Below, one piece after another: positions 25,411 through 38,416 of a stretch of 64,000 nt of DNA. Position numbers and translations under genes: made by a program. Source of the DNA: Lepidodermella squamata (lineage: Eukaryota > Animalia > Gastrotricha); NCBI GenBank assembly GCA_047495785.1, contig JBLDXI010000010.1, positions 248,001-312,000 on the forward strand. The letters run 5' to 3'. Numbering within the stretch: the first letter of the stretch is position 1; every line of letters starts with the position of its first letter. The notes under the pieces were generated by a model. It made no database searches. It was given only the letters and a program-made list of their open reading frames with translations, and was not told where the DNA came from.

Positions 25411-25668
25411 TCTTAGTAATATTAGTGGGACGGGATTCACCCTTCAGTGGCGTTTGGCAGATGTCCGCGGCTCCGGCGTGATGTTTTTTGGCTTTCTTTG
25501 TTGCGTCATTGATGCGTCCATGTTTGTAACCTCATTCTAATAAGTGCAATCTAAGCGTAACAAATCGAGGTGGAGGCGGGTGCATATAATTGTTGGTTTG
25601 CATTCTCATTTCACAGAATTTCTTTGTGTTAGATACTGTTTACTTGAGAGATTGTCAGCTCGATTAAT

Positions 25669-26440
25669 ATGTTTAAGAAGTAAGTTTGATTTGATATTTG
25701 GCATCCTTTTTACTATGATTTTATTTTTTCTTAAGATTTGATCTTGCCGAAGATGTTTCGAGCACCAACATCATCAAATCATCGGTGCAACGTGGTATCA
25801 TTTCCCAGTTACAGGAGCAGTTCCCAAACATCTCCCACTGCATTAACGAAATAATTCCGGACAAAAAAGGCGGTCTGAAAGTGTCTAAATGGTCAATTGA
25901 GCTCTTCATTTGCGATACAGTACACTATATTTTTGTTTTGTAGCACAGAGCACGTTGAAGTTGTATCGTCTCCTGAGGGCGAGCCCCTCTTTTTCCGTCA
26001 GAGAGACGGTCCCTTCTTCCCAGTGCTGAAACTCGTCCACAAATGTGAGGTTTTTTGATCAAATTGTTTAAGAGCTCGATTAACGACATTATTATCTTCA
26101 GATCCTTACATTTTACCTGCAATGCAAGTCGACAAGGGTGCTATCAAATTCGTTATCAGCGGTGCAAACATTATGTGCCCCGGCCTCACTTCGAAAGGCG
26201 GCAAAATGAGCAACGTCGGTGCCAATTCTGTGGTCGCAATCACTGCTGAGGGCAAAGAACACGCGCTGGCTGTCGGATTGACCAAAATGTCGGCCGAGGA
26301 CATGTTAGTTTACGAAACTCCCGGCATGATTGATTTTTATTACGATTTTATTTTGCAGAATCAAAGTTAACAAGGACATTGGCATCGAAAATGTCCATTA
26401 TCTGAATGACGGCCTGTGGAAAACCAAGGTGATAAAATAA
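25669..26440 (+). CDS. MCTS1: Malignant T-cell-amplified sequence 1 (PUA-domain reinitiation factor), 5 exons
   Basis: MFKK|[18 protein letters not shown]; [27 protein letters not shown]; [13 protein letters not shown]. Confidence 0.95.
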
Positions 26441-26906
26441 GACCTCAATCTAGTCGTTACTGCTAAAATTATTACTTTCAAGTGCAGTATGAAAACTTTC
26501 TCGTTTTGAATGTCACCATGATTAACGTTTTCTTTTGTAAAATTCCCGAGGTTGGTATTGGAATGATAATAAAAGCTATGCTGTCATCTTCAACATCAAT
26601 TTATTTTCATTCATTTTAAATCAACATCAAAATCAATTGCTGCGAACAAGAATAACCAGGTAATTGGTCTTTGACTACAAATTTCAGAGCAGTATAAAAC
26701 TGAAAGAGGAAGAAAACTTTCGGAAGGCGTTAATATAGTAGATAATCGAGTAGAATCTTCGAATTTTGATAAAAACGGAAACATTATGCAATGAGGACAA
26801 CTTCAATTATACACGCAATAATTCTCTACGCAGTTGGAATGAAAGGCGAAACACCTAAAATAATCAACTCGTTGCACCCGATCCCAGGAAAATCGAAGTT
26901 ATTTTT

Positions 26907-28662
26907 TCAGTTGAGTGGCACAGCGTAGGGCGAATTCCAATCTCGATCGAAAGCAGCTTGTAGATCGGAGACCAATTTCGGAGCGGTCGAATTATCGTCA
27001 GCTGATCTTACAACTACCCCGATTCCGGCAGTCGATGTGAAGTAATCGCCACTCCAATTTGAAGTTCCTGAATTAGAATTTACAAAATTATGATAAATCA
27101 ATAAACAATTGTGATGTCATACCAATCCAAGCACTAGATTCCGTAACCAAAAACTTGGCGTGGTTAACTCGAGAATAAGGAGGGATTGACGGGTCTTTCG
27201 AGTCCCAACCAGGTACTTGGAACAGCTTAATCTGAATCTTCGCCGGGTCGAATGCAACGAGAGACCGCAGGTAATTCGCCTGATCCTGTTAATTAAAAAC
27301 CCACATAAATCCAGTAAAAAAATTAAAATCAAAATTAACCTTGGCCGTGTGATTCCAATGCGCGATCAACATTCTGACTTTGGTATGGCCGCCCTGGTAC
27401 GCGACTCGCCTGATCGCATCGTCGATATTCGGCCAGAATAGCCGCGGCTTTTGGAAAACAATAGCCGGCGAGTAGTCCATAACTTCGATACAAACAGACT
27501 GACGCGCTGTGGTTATCAAATCAACAACTGCATCAACGTCATTTGTTCGGTATTTGCCGGAAAATTGAGGTGGAGAGCTTGATAGGTATACTGCTAATTT
27601 CTGGTTATTTTCATCCGTAATCACCATTCGATTTGTCATGTTTGTCAAAGCGTAGAGCATGGGCAGCTTCGGAATGCTGTCCAACGATAATTTCCCAGTA
27701 ACTAGGCCGAGATAAACCGTAAAAATTCGGGAAATATCTGAAGCTAAACACGGGCAGTTCTCAACTAAAACGCCCATCTCTTTAACTTCGGTCAACGACC
27801 GGAAATCCTGATTCGCGCTGCCAACATAGAACGCTTCAATGCCAACTAGCCACGATTTCGTGTGTAAAATGCCGTTGCCAATGAATTTCGCCACCTTAAG
27901 CGTGTAAGTATTAGCCCCGGCGCTGGCCAAGGCGCCTAGATCAACTTCCGACTCGTTCATATTGCCCGAATCAACCACGGTGATCTCGCCATTTTGACCG
28001 GCCAAATTTTTCAATTGATTGAAAATATCCTCGCCCTGATTGGCGGTTGGCCACGGCCCGCCGGCGATATCGTCCGACCTCAACGACCAATACTGCGATG
28101 CGATAACAATGGGCAGTAAACTAGCGTTATTCGACCCGGCCTTGCTAATTAATTTTAGCCAGGCCTGGTACGTTGGCAAAAATTGCGGCTGGAAGTTATT
28201 GGAAGGTATTACGAGTGGAATACTTTCTGTCAACTGAATTGAGCACGGATTAGCCTGGCAGCTCTCAGCCACCGATGGCATACTCATCGCCGGGAATAGC
28301 GTTGTGATGAATACGAAAGATACAATGATAACCGAAGCCAAAATCACGAGAACGCAAATGCAGAGGGCCATGTTTAAAAATCCTTTGTGGTGATTCAACT
28401 TCCACCTTAACTTCTGCTTCGTGCTCAACAGGTCGGTATTCACCACGCCGCCGGTGGATTTCGACGTCGAAGCTTGGTGGTACCAGGGGGCTTGCCGGCT
28501 GATGGGTGATAACGGCGGTTTCGAGGTTGAAATTTCACTGGGCGGGCGCAGGCGAGAGCCGGATTCTGATTTTTTCTCTGAACCACCGGGTAGTAACGTC
28601 ACCTTTTCAGCTTCAAGCGTGCACGAGACAGGCCGGTCGGCCTTCTCGGAAGTTGACGCCAT
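26907..28662 (-). CDS. PLD3: PLD3-like 5'-3' exonuclease / phospholipase D family type II membrane protein, 3 exons
   Basis: TM helix, LTESIP, GILHTKSW..FYVGSANQDFRSLTEVKEMG, SSSPP, VMDYSP, SRVNHAKFLVTE, GTSNWSGDYF, FDRDWNSPYA. Confidence 0.9.
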
Positions 28663-28991
28663 AATTCAAAATTTCTACAAAAAAAAACAAAATAATTTGA
28701 ATAAAGTTTTCCACTCAGAAAGTAAGAAGCGATCACAATAAATTTTTCGCAAGCTTGCATAAATTTCGAATCACAAAAATAGCTCATAATTAATAGAAAT
28801 GAAATGGACCACAAATAAAATGTCCAAGTTCCGCTCGGTTTCAAATTCAAATTCGTGCGTTTCCTATTTTTTGCTACAACAAAAACATTGATTCGATGAA
28901 GCAGCAGTTATTATATATTATCACTCCAGAAAAGCAGATTGTAGGAACAACATTTCCAATAACAAGTTCCGAGATAATTAAAGGCAGATAA

Positions 28992-31821
28992 TTAGTTGAC
29001 TAGATAAGATGCCGTATCAACCGCAGTTTTAGCCTTGACACAGGCAGCCAGCCAACCCAAGCGTAAACAAGTCGCTCCCGGCTTCAACCCGCCCGGGGCA
29101 GATTTCGTTTTCTCATCAACAATCCAATGCGAGATACGGCTATCATTAGGCAGTGAACATATCGAATCAGCTCCATAGGCAGTTGCGCAACGTACCAACT
29201 TATCACGAGTTGATTTCTCGGTGATAGACGACTCGTCGAAATAAAAATTACAACCAGTGAAGATATCAGCCGGGTCCCAGTCCAACGACTTGGCCCCTTT
29301 TTCCTCAACTCGCGTTTCTGATTTAACCTTTTTCGTAGGGGATGGCGCCAATGCGGCTGAACTAGCTTGCCGTTTCGGGGGAGAAGGCTTTTTCTTCGGC
29401 TTTTCTTCCTCCTCCTCCTCATCCAACGAAATTGTGGACTCACTTTCCGCCTCGCTTTCTTCATCTTCATCTTTCTTCTTAGCTTTCTTTTTAGGTGACT
29501 CGAATAACTTTCGTTTTACAGGTTTTTCCGGCGATGAACTCGGCGATTTCTGCTTGTCCAATTTATGCAATTTCGGCGCCTGCTGCCTCGAATTTGCGCA
29601 TAACACTTTCAATTCCTCCAGATTAGTCGCGCTTTGCCAGTCTTTATCATCTCGAATTTTGGTAACACGAGGAAATCGGATTGAAATCCCATCAGCAGTG
29701 TGACTTTCAGCGCGTGAAAATTCTGCACCCGTGATTTCCCAGACCGGCGCTTTCTTCGGATCTTTCACCACAAAATCAGGTACGACCGAATTTTTCACGT
29801 TTAACCAGCTCGGGACTTTTCTCGCGTCTTTATCGATCCTAACCATGTCGAGCTCTTTTTGAAGCTTGGCCAATCTTGCATCATCGTGGCCGTTGCCGCA
29901 TTTCGTTACCGTCAAAAACTTTTTCGATGATTCATCGTAGACTCCGAGTAAGAAAATCGACATCAAACCGCCTTTATTACCCGACCCGAAATAAGCGCCT
30001 AAAACAATTAGATCCGCCGTATCGGCCATAGCTCCACCAGCTAGGTAGTCTTTCTTCATTTTCAACCAATGCCGTTTACCGGGTTCGTAAAGGCTTTCAA
30101 CAGGTTTCAAAACGAGACCTTCCAAGCCCTCGGTAAAAACATGATCCAGCAGATTTTGAAGGTCGTTTGCCTTACTGATTTCGTGAACTTCAGACAACAC
30201 GACACGGTCCGGTATTTCCGTCATAACACTCTTCAAAATCTTACGGCGCTCCGAGATCGGCTTGCCCATCAAACTTTGCCCGTTCATGTGCATGCAATCG
30301 AAGACGTAAATACACACTTGGGCTGTTTTAAATCCTTTCTGCTTATGAACCCCAAGCGTTCCGAACGGCAGCGGTAAATGAGTCGTTGTGTCGACTAAAA
30401 CGATCTCTCCATCCAAAATTATGTCAGTAGCATTAGGGAACGCCTTGGGAATCGCTTCAGATAAATAAGCGACCTTGTGAGGTAGAACAGGTTTCAAATT
30501 TCGGCTGTAATAATTGAAGCTCTTTCCACTGTGGTGAACCTGGACCCTTTCGCCGTCGTATTTGATCTCCGCAAACATGCCTTTCGGGCATTTTCCAAGA
30601 GCAAATTCGACAGATTTGCACGCCTCCGCAAGCATTGGCTGAATCGGCGTCATTAAGGCGGCTTTAACCGATATGTCTTTTTTCAAAGCAGGACTTCCAT
30701 CGGGTGATTTCGTCGCGTTAATATGGCGACAAATTGCTTGAAGGTCTCGCGAATGTTGAAAAGCATCGTAGGCAGTGTCGGAAATCGCTGCCAAAATTTG
30801 ACTAGCTTTCGCGTTCATTCGAAGGTCTTTCTTCAGCAATCGAATCAGAAATCGAAGCTCAGAGACGCTACAGGCACGGCAAAATTTCCGCATGGCAGAC
30901 TGTTGCTCGTCACTTTTCGTCAGATGAGTTAAGGAATCCAAAAACTTATCCACGTCATCCAACGTTAACGTGGCTGTTGTCGCAGGCTTGAATGATTCAG
31001 ATTTGGAGAAGTATTGATCTGCCAAAATTATCGATATGTCACCATGCTCATTAGTCGCGGATAAAAGTTCTTCCCCATCAGCGCCCAAAATTTCGGCAAA
31101 TATTTTGATCATCTGTTTGTTGTTCATGTTGTAAACTCGATCGAGACCTTTTTCGCCGGGCAGGAGCAATCGCAGCAAGACATAAGGATCCCCGCAATAG
31201 CCATGTTTTCCGGTCGCCCCTCGCGTGAACAGATATTCGTGAACGATAGCCGTTTTTGCCTTGTAGCTAGCCTCGTCGGCAATTCGTGAGCATAATTTGC
31301 AAAAGCTCGCAAACAAATGGTCAGCGCAATCACTAGCTGGTTTTGATGATGCAGTTTTCTGCGGTGACGGAGTCGTCGGGAAAAACTTTTCAAGTTTAGC
31401 AGGTGTTGCGGGCTTTTTAGGGCTCTTAGCTGCTCCTCCCTTCGACTTCGACAGTAAACTATCGATGAGGCCTGTTAGCGTCTTCTTGTCTTCATCTGAG
31501 AGGTTGCTGTAGCCGTCGACATCACTTGGCTGGGTTATTTTTGCCGTGGTGGCGCGAGCTGTTGCAAATGATTCAAACAGACAGTTAGGATGAAACCATT
31601 GCTTCATTTCACCGCCTCCTTCCCTTTAAAAAACGAATGAATTCAACAATCGGCTCAATTACTAACAGCGCGAATTACGAGAATGGATTAGGCGCAACCT
31701 TTCCTACACGGAAAGCTCCCTTTGCAAGCTTCTGTTTGCAGCGTTTACAAGATGCTTGTCCTCGCTTATCGTAATCGGCGCAAAATTGAGTTTTAGAGGA
31801 TGACGCAGCATCATCGGCCAT
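28992..31821 (-). CDS. LIG3: DNA ligase III (PARP-type Zn finger, catalytic core, C-terminal BRCT), 2 exons
   Basis: Exon 1 DYDKRGQASCKRCKQKL; MKQWFHPNC; PMLAEACKS; AEIKYDGERVQ; EGLEGLVLK; SIRFPRV; BRCT-like C-terminus. Confidence 0.96.
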
Positions 31822-32966
31822 ATTGGTAAATTCAAAACTAATCTAAACAAGAAATGACATTCCGTGAAAATAGAACCCTATAAGTCACGTGAAACAGGAC
31901 AACCGAAAGCTGTACCGAAAACTCAGTGCTTTGCTGCCTGAAGCTTAAATACTTGGATATTACTCTATTCGGCATTTAGGAGATGAATTATCCACTATTA
32001 AAACGATGAAGATGAAACTCGCTGATAAAGAAAAACTAGATGATTGCAAAGGGGCTAATACATCTAAAATCTACAGAGAACACAAAGAATAGCAGAAAGC
32101 AAAAAGAACGACTGTAGAATGTATCAGACATCGCCAAACCATTGCCTAAAAACTAAAAACACTACACCTTCGCGGTCTGCTGTCTCGGAGAACTGAGTGG
32201 CATTTGGCTCGTGTGTTTACCAACAGGAAATGACTAATACAAAAAGGAATTGAACGAATGAACATATGAATATACTCTACTCCGATATCACAGTTCACAG
32301 TCACAGAGGATTTCCTCGCGCGTCACTGAATGCCGTCTCATCTCTCATCTGCAACAATAGCCAGCGGCGGGTGGAGCTTCCAGTGCAAAACCGGATCGCC
32401 CGCATCCAAATCGAAAAATCGCGGCTACAAAACGAATGAAGGTCGAAATTACGAATAAAAATGATTACAGCAATACCACTAGGGATATAAATCTTAAAGG
32501 CCCATTCAGTGTTTCCTAGCCGAAATTGAAATATCGGGCAGTTTTCGAAGGTTTTGACCGCGAAAGCACCGTTTTAAGTTGCGGTTGCGTTTTTAGTTTT
32601 GATGCTGGTTGTGTGCAGTTCTAGTAGGAGGTTTTGAAAGGGTGAACGGCCTGTCAAGAGGATACAGCGAACAGCATGTAGAACGATTCTTTTAATGTTT
32701 AGCGAAGCTTCACGCTTCACCCCACATTCCACATTTTTTCGCGACAGCAATAGCAATGTGCAATGTCCAAATCAATCGCCTGTGGTTAAGCCGAAGTTTT
32801 GCTCGATACTACCTTCATATTGAGTCTCAACGAAGCTTTAGAAATATCTTGTTCCATGAATAAACTAATGCCTACTGCTTTTATGTAACTACCCTCGGCC
32901 CTTGGTATTCTAATGTTGTTCAGACTATCAGCTATCTCTCGTTTCTTAGGATCTATATGGTTAAAA

Positions 32967-35900
32967 ATGAAAAAGACTCGCGCATTGATTTTTCTTGGCA
33001 TTTTCTCTACTGCTGTTCTGGTTATTTACTGGAACATCGATTCTTCATCCGAAGAGCCAACGTATCAGGTACGTGATTTTAATTTGCAGCGTTCGGATGG
33101 TCCAATTTTCCACTTGGTCACCTTTCAATCAGTTTTTTTTACTATGGGAAAGAATTTATCGACTGTTAACGATTCAGACGGGCATCAGGGATTCCCAAAT
33201 GCAACCCGGGACACCCAAATCAACATGAACAAAATAGAAAACGCATTGATATATTGTTATTTCCTCAGCATCAATTAACGTTAATCGATGATCGTATTAA
33301 CGTTCTCGAAAAAGATATCAAGGAGACTCAAGTTCTTCTCGAAACGATAAAATCATACGTTCGCCGTTTAGCAAATTCCTATGAGCGAAAAGTCCTTCCA
33401 AATCCGAAAGCTTTAAATATGACGTTTTCTGACTACCAGAGCCTACACATCGCATTCTCAAACAAGTCAGATGACGTCAAATTTGAAGGTTTTCCAACTA
33501 CGGGAAGACGCTGTTCTGGAGACGTGGCTGTTGCTGATGTCAAAGTATTTTTACGGTTTAATTGACTTGGCTATTAGCTAATTTGTTACGTAATAAAAGG
33601 TTTCGGAATTGGTTCGTACTCTACCATTCGACAACATTGATGGCGGAGTGTGGAAACAGGGTTTCCCGATAAAGCCTGACCTCGGAAGGTGGTCGGAGAA
33701 AAAGCCACTCCAAATTTTTGTCGTACCTCATTCGCACACGGACCCTGGTATGATTGGATGATTTCTGAATTTATTCAGAGTCGAAAATAATGCTCTTATT
33801 ATTTCCAGGTTGGGTAAAAACGTTTCTGAAGTACTACGAATCTCAGACCAAGAATATCTTGGACACGATGTTGGTAAAGCTCGGCGAAGACGAAACAAGA
33901 AAATTCATTTACGCTGAAACTGTGTTTTTTGCACTATGGTGGTCTGAATTGAACGATGGAGATCGTCAGAAGGTTAGCTATTATAGTAAGGTGCATATTC
34001 GTTTATTTAATACCTGGTTATTTTAGGTTCGAAATTTGATCAAATCCGGACGATTGGAAATGGTCGGTGGCGGCTGGGTAATGCCTGATGAAGGTTAGTA
34101 TCGACATTACTTATTATTATTGATGAACAAAATTGCCGAATTTAGCTGTGACTCACTACTATGGTGTGCTGGACCAACTTCAAGAAGGTCACAGCTGGCT
34201 GAAACGCAATCTGGATCTCGAAATCACGTCGTCTTGGGCAATTGACCCATTCGGCCACAGCCCAACAATCGCTGTTAGTTTTTTGAGCTATTTATAGGAA
34301 ATATATTAGAATTGTGCCGAAATTACAGTATATGCAAAAGATGGCCGGTCTGCGTGGAGGAATTTTGCAGCGAGTTCATTACTCCTTGAAGAAGCAATTA
34401 TCGAAAGACAAAAACCTCGAATTTTTCTGGCGCCAGCAATGGGATGACACTGGCGAGACTGATTTTCTCACTCACATGATGCCGTTTTACAGCTACGACG
34501 TTCCTCATACTGTAAAATTCCTTTAAAATTGCATTTTCTCGTCTATATTTGTTCAAACTTGATAGTGCGGTCCGAACCCCTCGGTGTGTTGTCAGTTCGA
34601 TTTCAATCGATTACCTGGTGTAAGCAAAGTCCGCTGCCCATGGAATATCCAGCCGGTAGAAATCGATGAAGGAAACGTGGCGGCTCGTGCTGAAATATTG
34701 GTCGATCAATACAGACAAAAGGCTGAACTTTTCCGCACAGATTCGCTTTTCATCCCTCTTGGTGACGATTTTCGATGGGAGACACCAGCCGAATGGTAAA
34801 TTATTTATATTCATATTCGTGGAATCTGAAGTTATTAAAATTATTATAGGGATGCGCAGATGAATAATTATGGAAAATTATTCAAGGAGATTAATTCGCG
34901 GAAAGATTGGAATGTTCATATTCGCTGGGGCACTTTGAATGACTATTTCACCTCCCTTGCGAATGCCGACCGCAGTGACAGCCCATTAGATTCATTGGCC
35001 GGCGATTTCTTCACCTATGGTACTGACGATTTTGAAAAAAAAATGGAATTAAGCACAATTTCTTTTAAATTTTAGCCGATCGAGATGACCATTATTGGTC
35101 TGGCTATTACACGAGCCGACCGTTCCAGAAGCGATTCTCGCGAGTTTGCGAGGCCCAACAACGAGCCGCTGATCTCTTATTCTCACTTGCCATGGCTGAA
35201 TGCCAAAAATACGAAGCGAAATCGAGTAAAAAATGCCATTTCCCAGCCGGTCAATTGATGCACCAGCTGACTAGCGCCCGGCGAAATCTCGCCCTTTTCC
35301 AACATCACGACGGAATAACCGGAACTGCTAAAGATTTCGTGGTCGAAGACTACGGAATTCGACTTTTATCCTCATTCCAGGACAACCGTTACATTCAACA
35401 AGTTGCCGCGTCATTCCTGCTTTTGAATGATAAATCGCTGTTTCTGAGTGGGGACCAATTCAACGTGTTATCAGCCTTGGACGCGTATGCTACCCACGAC
35501 TCAATGCCAGAAATGTTTGTCCTAAGACCGGAAGAATCTGCCCCGAGATGGGTGTCTGTTTTCAACTCATTAGCCTGGAAACGGAATACAGTTGTTAAAT
35601 TGTTGGTTTCTAACCCGAATGTTACTGTTATTGATGAGAAAACAACGAAACCAGTCAGATCCGAGGCGTTTTTGCACTGGACTTCGACTGATCAAGCGTC
35701 CTCAGACACGTTTTTACTCGCTTTTGAGGTTGATATCGACCCACTAGCCATCGCTTTATACCGAATTGAGGTGGTTAAGAAACCAGGGCCGTTGCATACC
35801 TATGGCCACGTGACGATTTACAACTCAGCTAAAGAGGCTGAGCAGAAAAATGGACCTTTTACTGTTAAAAAAGTCGCGATTGACGCTATGACTAGCGACT

Positions 35901-38416
35901 TTGTGAAAACCGCGGCTTTCAAGGCTGAATTCAGCATGGAGTCTGGCACTTTACAAACCATTTCGAACGGCGATTGGTCCGTTGGGGCTGGCGTTAGTTT
36001 TGTCAGATATACCGCGAAGGACGTGAAGGAAAAAAGCGGGGCTTATCTGTTTATTCCTGACGAGAATGACCCGAAACCCGTCGAACAAAACGCGTCTCCC
36101 TTAATAAGAATTGCCAGGGGTCAGTTGATCAATGAAATCGTGTCATTTGTCACTTTTGTCGAACATCGTTATACCCTGGTGAATTTGACGAGTTATGCGC
36201 AAAAGTCGGCGTCCAAGTTGGCGAAAGACGTGTTGGCGGACGTTCAGATTAGCAATATTGTGGATATTCGAGGCGTGAATGAAAACTACGAACTTGCCAT
36301 GCGTATTCATTCGAATTTGAAGACGAAAGATACGTTCTATACTGATATCAATGGATTCCAAATGGCGAAGCGAGTTCGGTATCCCAAGCTACACACTCAG
36401 GTAAAATCCAATTTTATAAATTTTATAGAACCAATATTGGAGTTTCCAGACGACGTGCGCATCCTAAATTTGGGGCTCCAGCGCGAGATTTTCCCAAAAT
36501 TTGTTTTTTTTTTCGATTTTGACGTCTTTCAATGTTTTATTATTATGCCGGTAGATCTCACTATTACGCATATTTCGTGCAATGCGTGGTCAGTTTTTGA
36601 ATTATTCTTGAGCCTGCAGATATCGATTTTACAAATCCATGATTTTTCCGGAATTAGAAGTCTTGGAAACCCTTGAAAAGTTTCCATATAGCTGATGGTA
36701 CCGATTTACAGACTAAAATAAAAAATCCGAGGCCCATGGGTGGTATCAGCATTGATCGTGAAACGAAACTGCTGAAGTCGCAAAATAATAACTCAGTTTT
36801 AGTGTTGAGTAGGTTTGAACAAGGAGTTGCAGCGAATTGGAAGCAGAACCCTCGCAAGTTCGATGGGCAGACTTTTGAAATAGACGGAAGCGGCGTCGAG
36901 AGGTCGATGAGTGCCAAGTAGCTTGTGGTTTGCGTATTTAGTTGCGATTGCCCCAGCGGTTGCCTCCCAGTCTGAGAACAAGACCTGATGTTTGTTAATG
37001 GAGCCTTTTGCTTTCAGCGCCAAGTTGTTCGATCTCAGGAGACCACCCATGCCATTGTATTTTGCGAGTCTGTTTTCAGCTCGACAGAGAAGGTTTCGGG
37101 CAGTATTGCTCACGTCTTTCTCACGTTGGCGACAGCTTGAGCCAATCAAATGAGCTTGAATTGAATAATTGAGCTTGAAGATATTTATACCCATTTAAGA
37201 ACTATATTTAGTTGGATAAAATCCCATTTAAAATCGATAATATATTTGAAAATTTGAAAATTAAAAATATTTGAAATATTTGGGATAATTTATGACTCAA
37301 CTTACCTCCGCAAGAAACTTCTCTGCATTAAAAACGGAAACTAGTCTTGTTTTCAGAGCTAGTGACATTTCCAGGCATATTTTTCCCTAAACTATGCTTG
37401 GCGATCGCAAATCCTTGGATTACCAATATTTTTTCAAAATGTCCTCACATTCAAATTGTTCTCGAAATAATTCATCGCACTAACGTTTTATCGGAATATT
37501 TTAATTATTTTCTTAATTTCATAGGGAAATTTCTATCCTGTGGCGTCTACAATTGCTATCGAAGAAACTGCCGCGTCTAAAAATGCGAAATATGGAATGA
37601 GACTTAACCTATTAACTGCTCAAGTAAGTGATACTTTCTTTGCTTCACTTTTAAGGTGGAATAATTTTTACCTAATTTTAGTCCGCTGCTGCTACTAGTC
37701 CGTTCTCTGGTGCCGTTGAGGTAATCCTCGACCGCCGACAGCTGCAAGACGATAACCGAGGCCTTGGTCAGCCTTTAAAAGACAACAAGCGATTCGAGTC
37801 ATTTTTCCGCCTCGTAATCGAACGTCACGCCCAGCCGCTGCCAGAAAGCACGCCATCAACAGGCGCAAACCTGTTGCGCCTAACCATTCCCGTTCACCAC
37901 TACAGCATGGATCTAATGTACGGCCTCACAGTCATGCCGAGTCGATCCTCGCTGAGTACGGAGCAAACTAGTCGATTAACGACCTATCAACCATTCGGCG
38001 AGGCTGGTCATTCATTCCCCTGTGATGTGCATCTAGTTTCCCTAAGGCCTATGCAGGCTGATGTTGACACGAGGGAAAGTGCCGCTTCGGCTTCGACAAA
38101 ATCAACGCCGAACGTAGAACCAACAAAAACGCCGACGTTATCGTTGCACCGCCTGCTGACTGACCAGCAGTGCAGTAGTGGGGATGAGGTATCGGAGGCG
38201 GAAAAAGGCGCGGCCACCTTAATATCGACGTGTAATATCGAGGCGACGACAACGAAACTTGCTGATCTCTTCGCGAACACATTCCCGCAAATCAAATTCG
38301 ACCCTGTGCTGCTATCGGGTCGCCGGTCTGGTCTGTTGCTGTCGCCGAGCGACCACGCGCTGTCTGAAGTGCTAATACCCGGTCATATTCGTTCGTTCGT
38401 TGTAACGTTCGCTTGA
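32967..38416 (+). CDS. Golgi alpha-mannosidase II (GH38, MAN2A1/2-like), many exons
   Basis: N-terminal TM anchor; DGGVWKQG; [10 protein letters not shown]; GGWVMPDE; [11 protein letters not shown]; PLGDDFR; [11 protein letters not shown]; [10 protein letters not shown]; [14 protein letters not shown]. Confidence 0.95.
36401..37524 (+). other. Enlarged 1.1-kb mannosidase intron, probably carrying inserted or TE-derived DNA
   Basis: Donor CAG|gtaaaa at 36401 and acceptor atag|GGAAATTTCTAT at 37524. About 20 times the typical intron length, with a GC-richer core near 36830-37150. Confidence 0.55.

Noticed and set aside
32494-32655. Possible Kolobok-type element starting TTAA|AGGCCCATTCAG
   Set aside because: No convincing matching right TIR or TTAA found.
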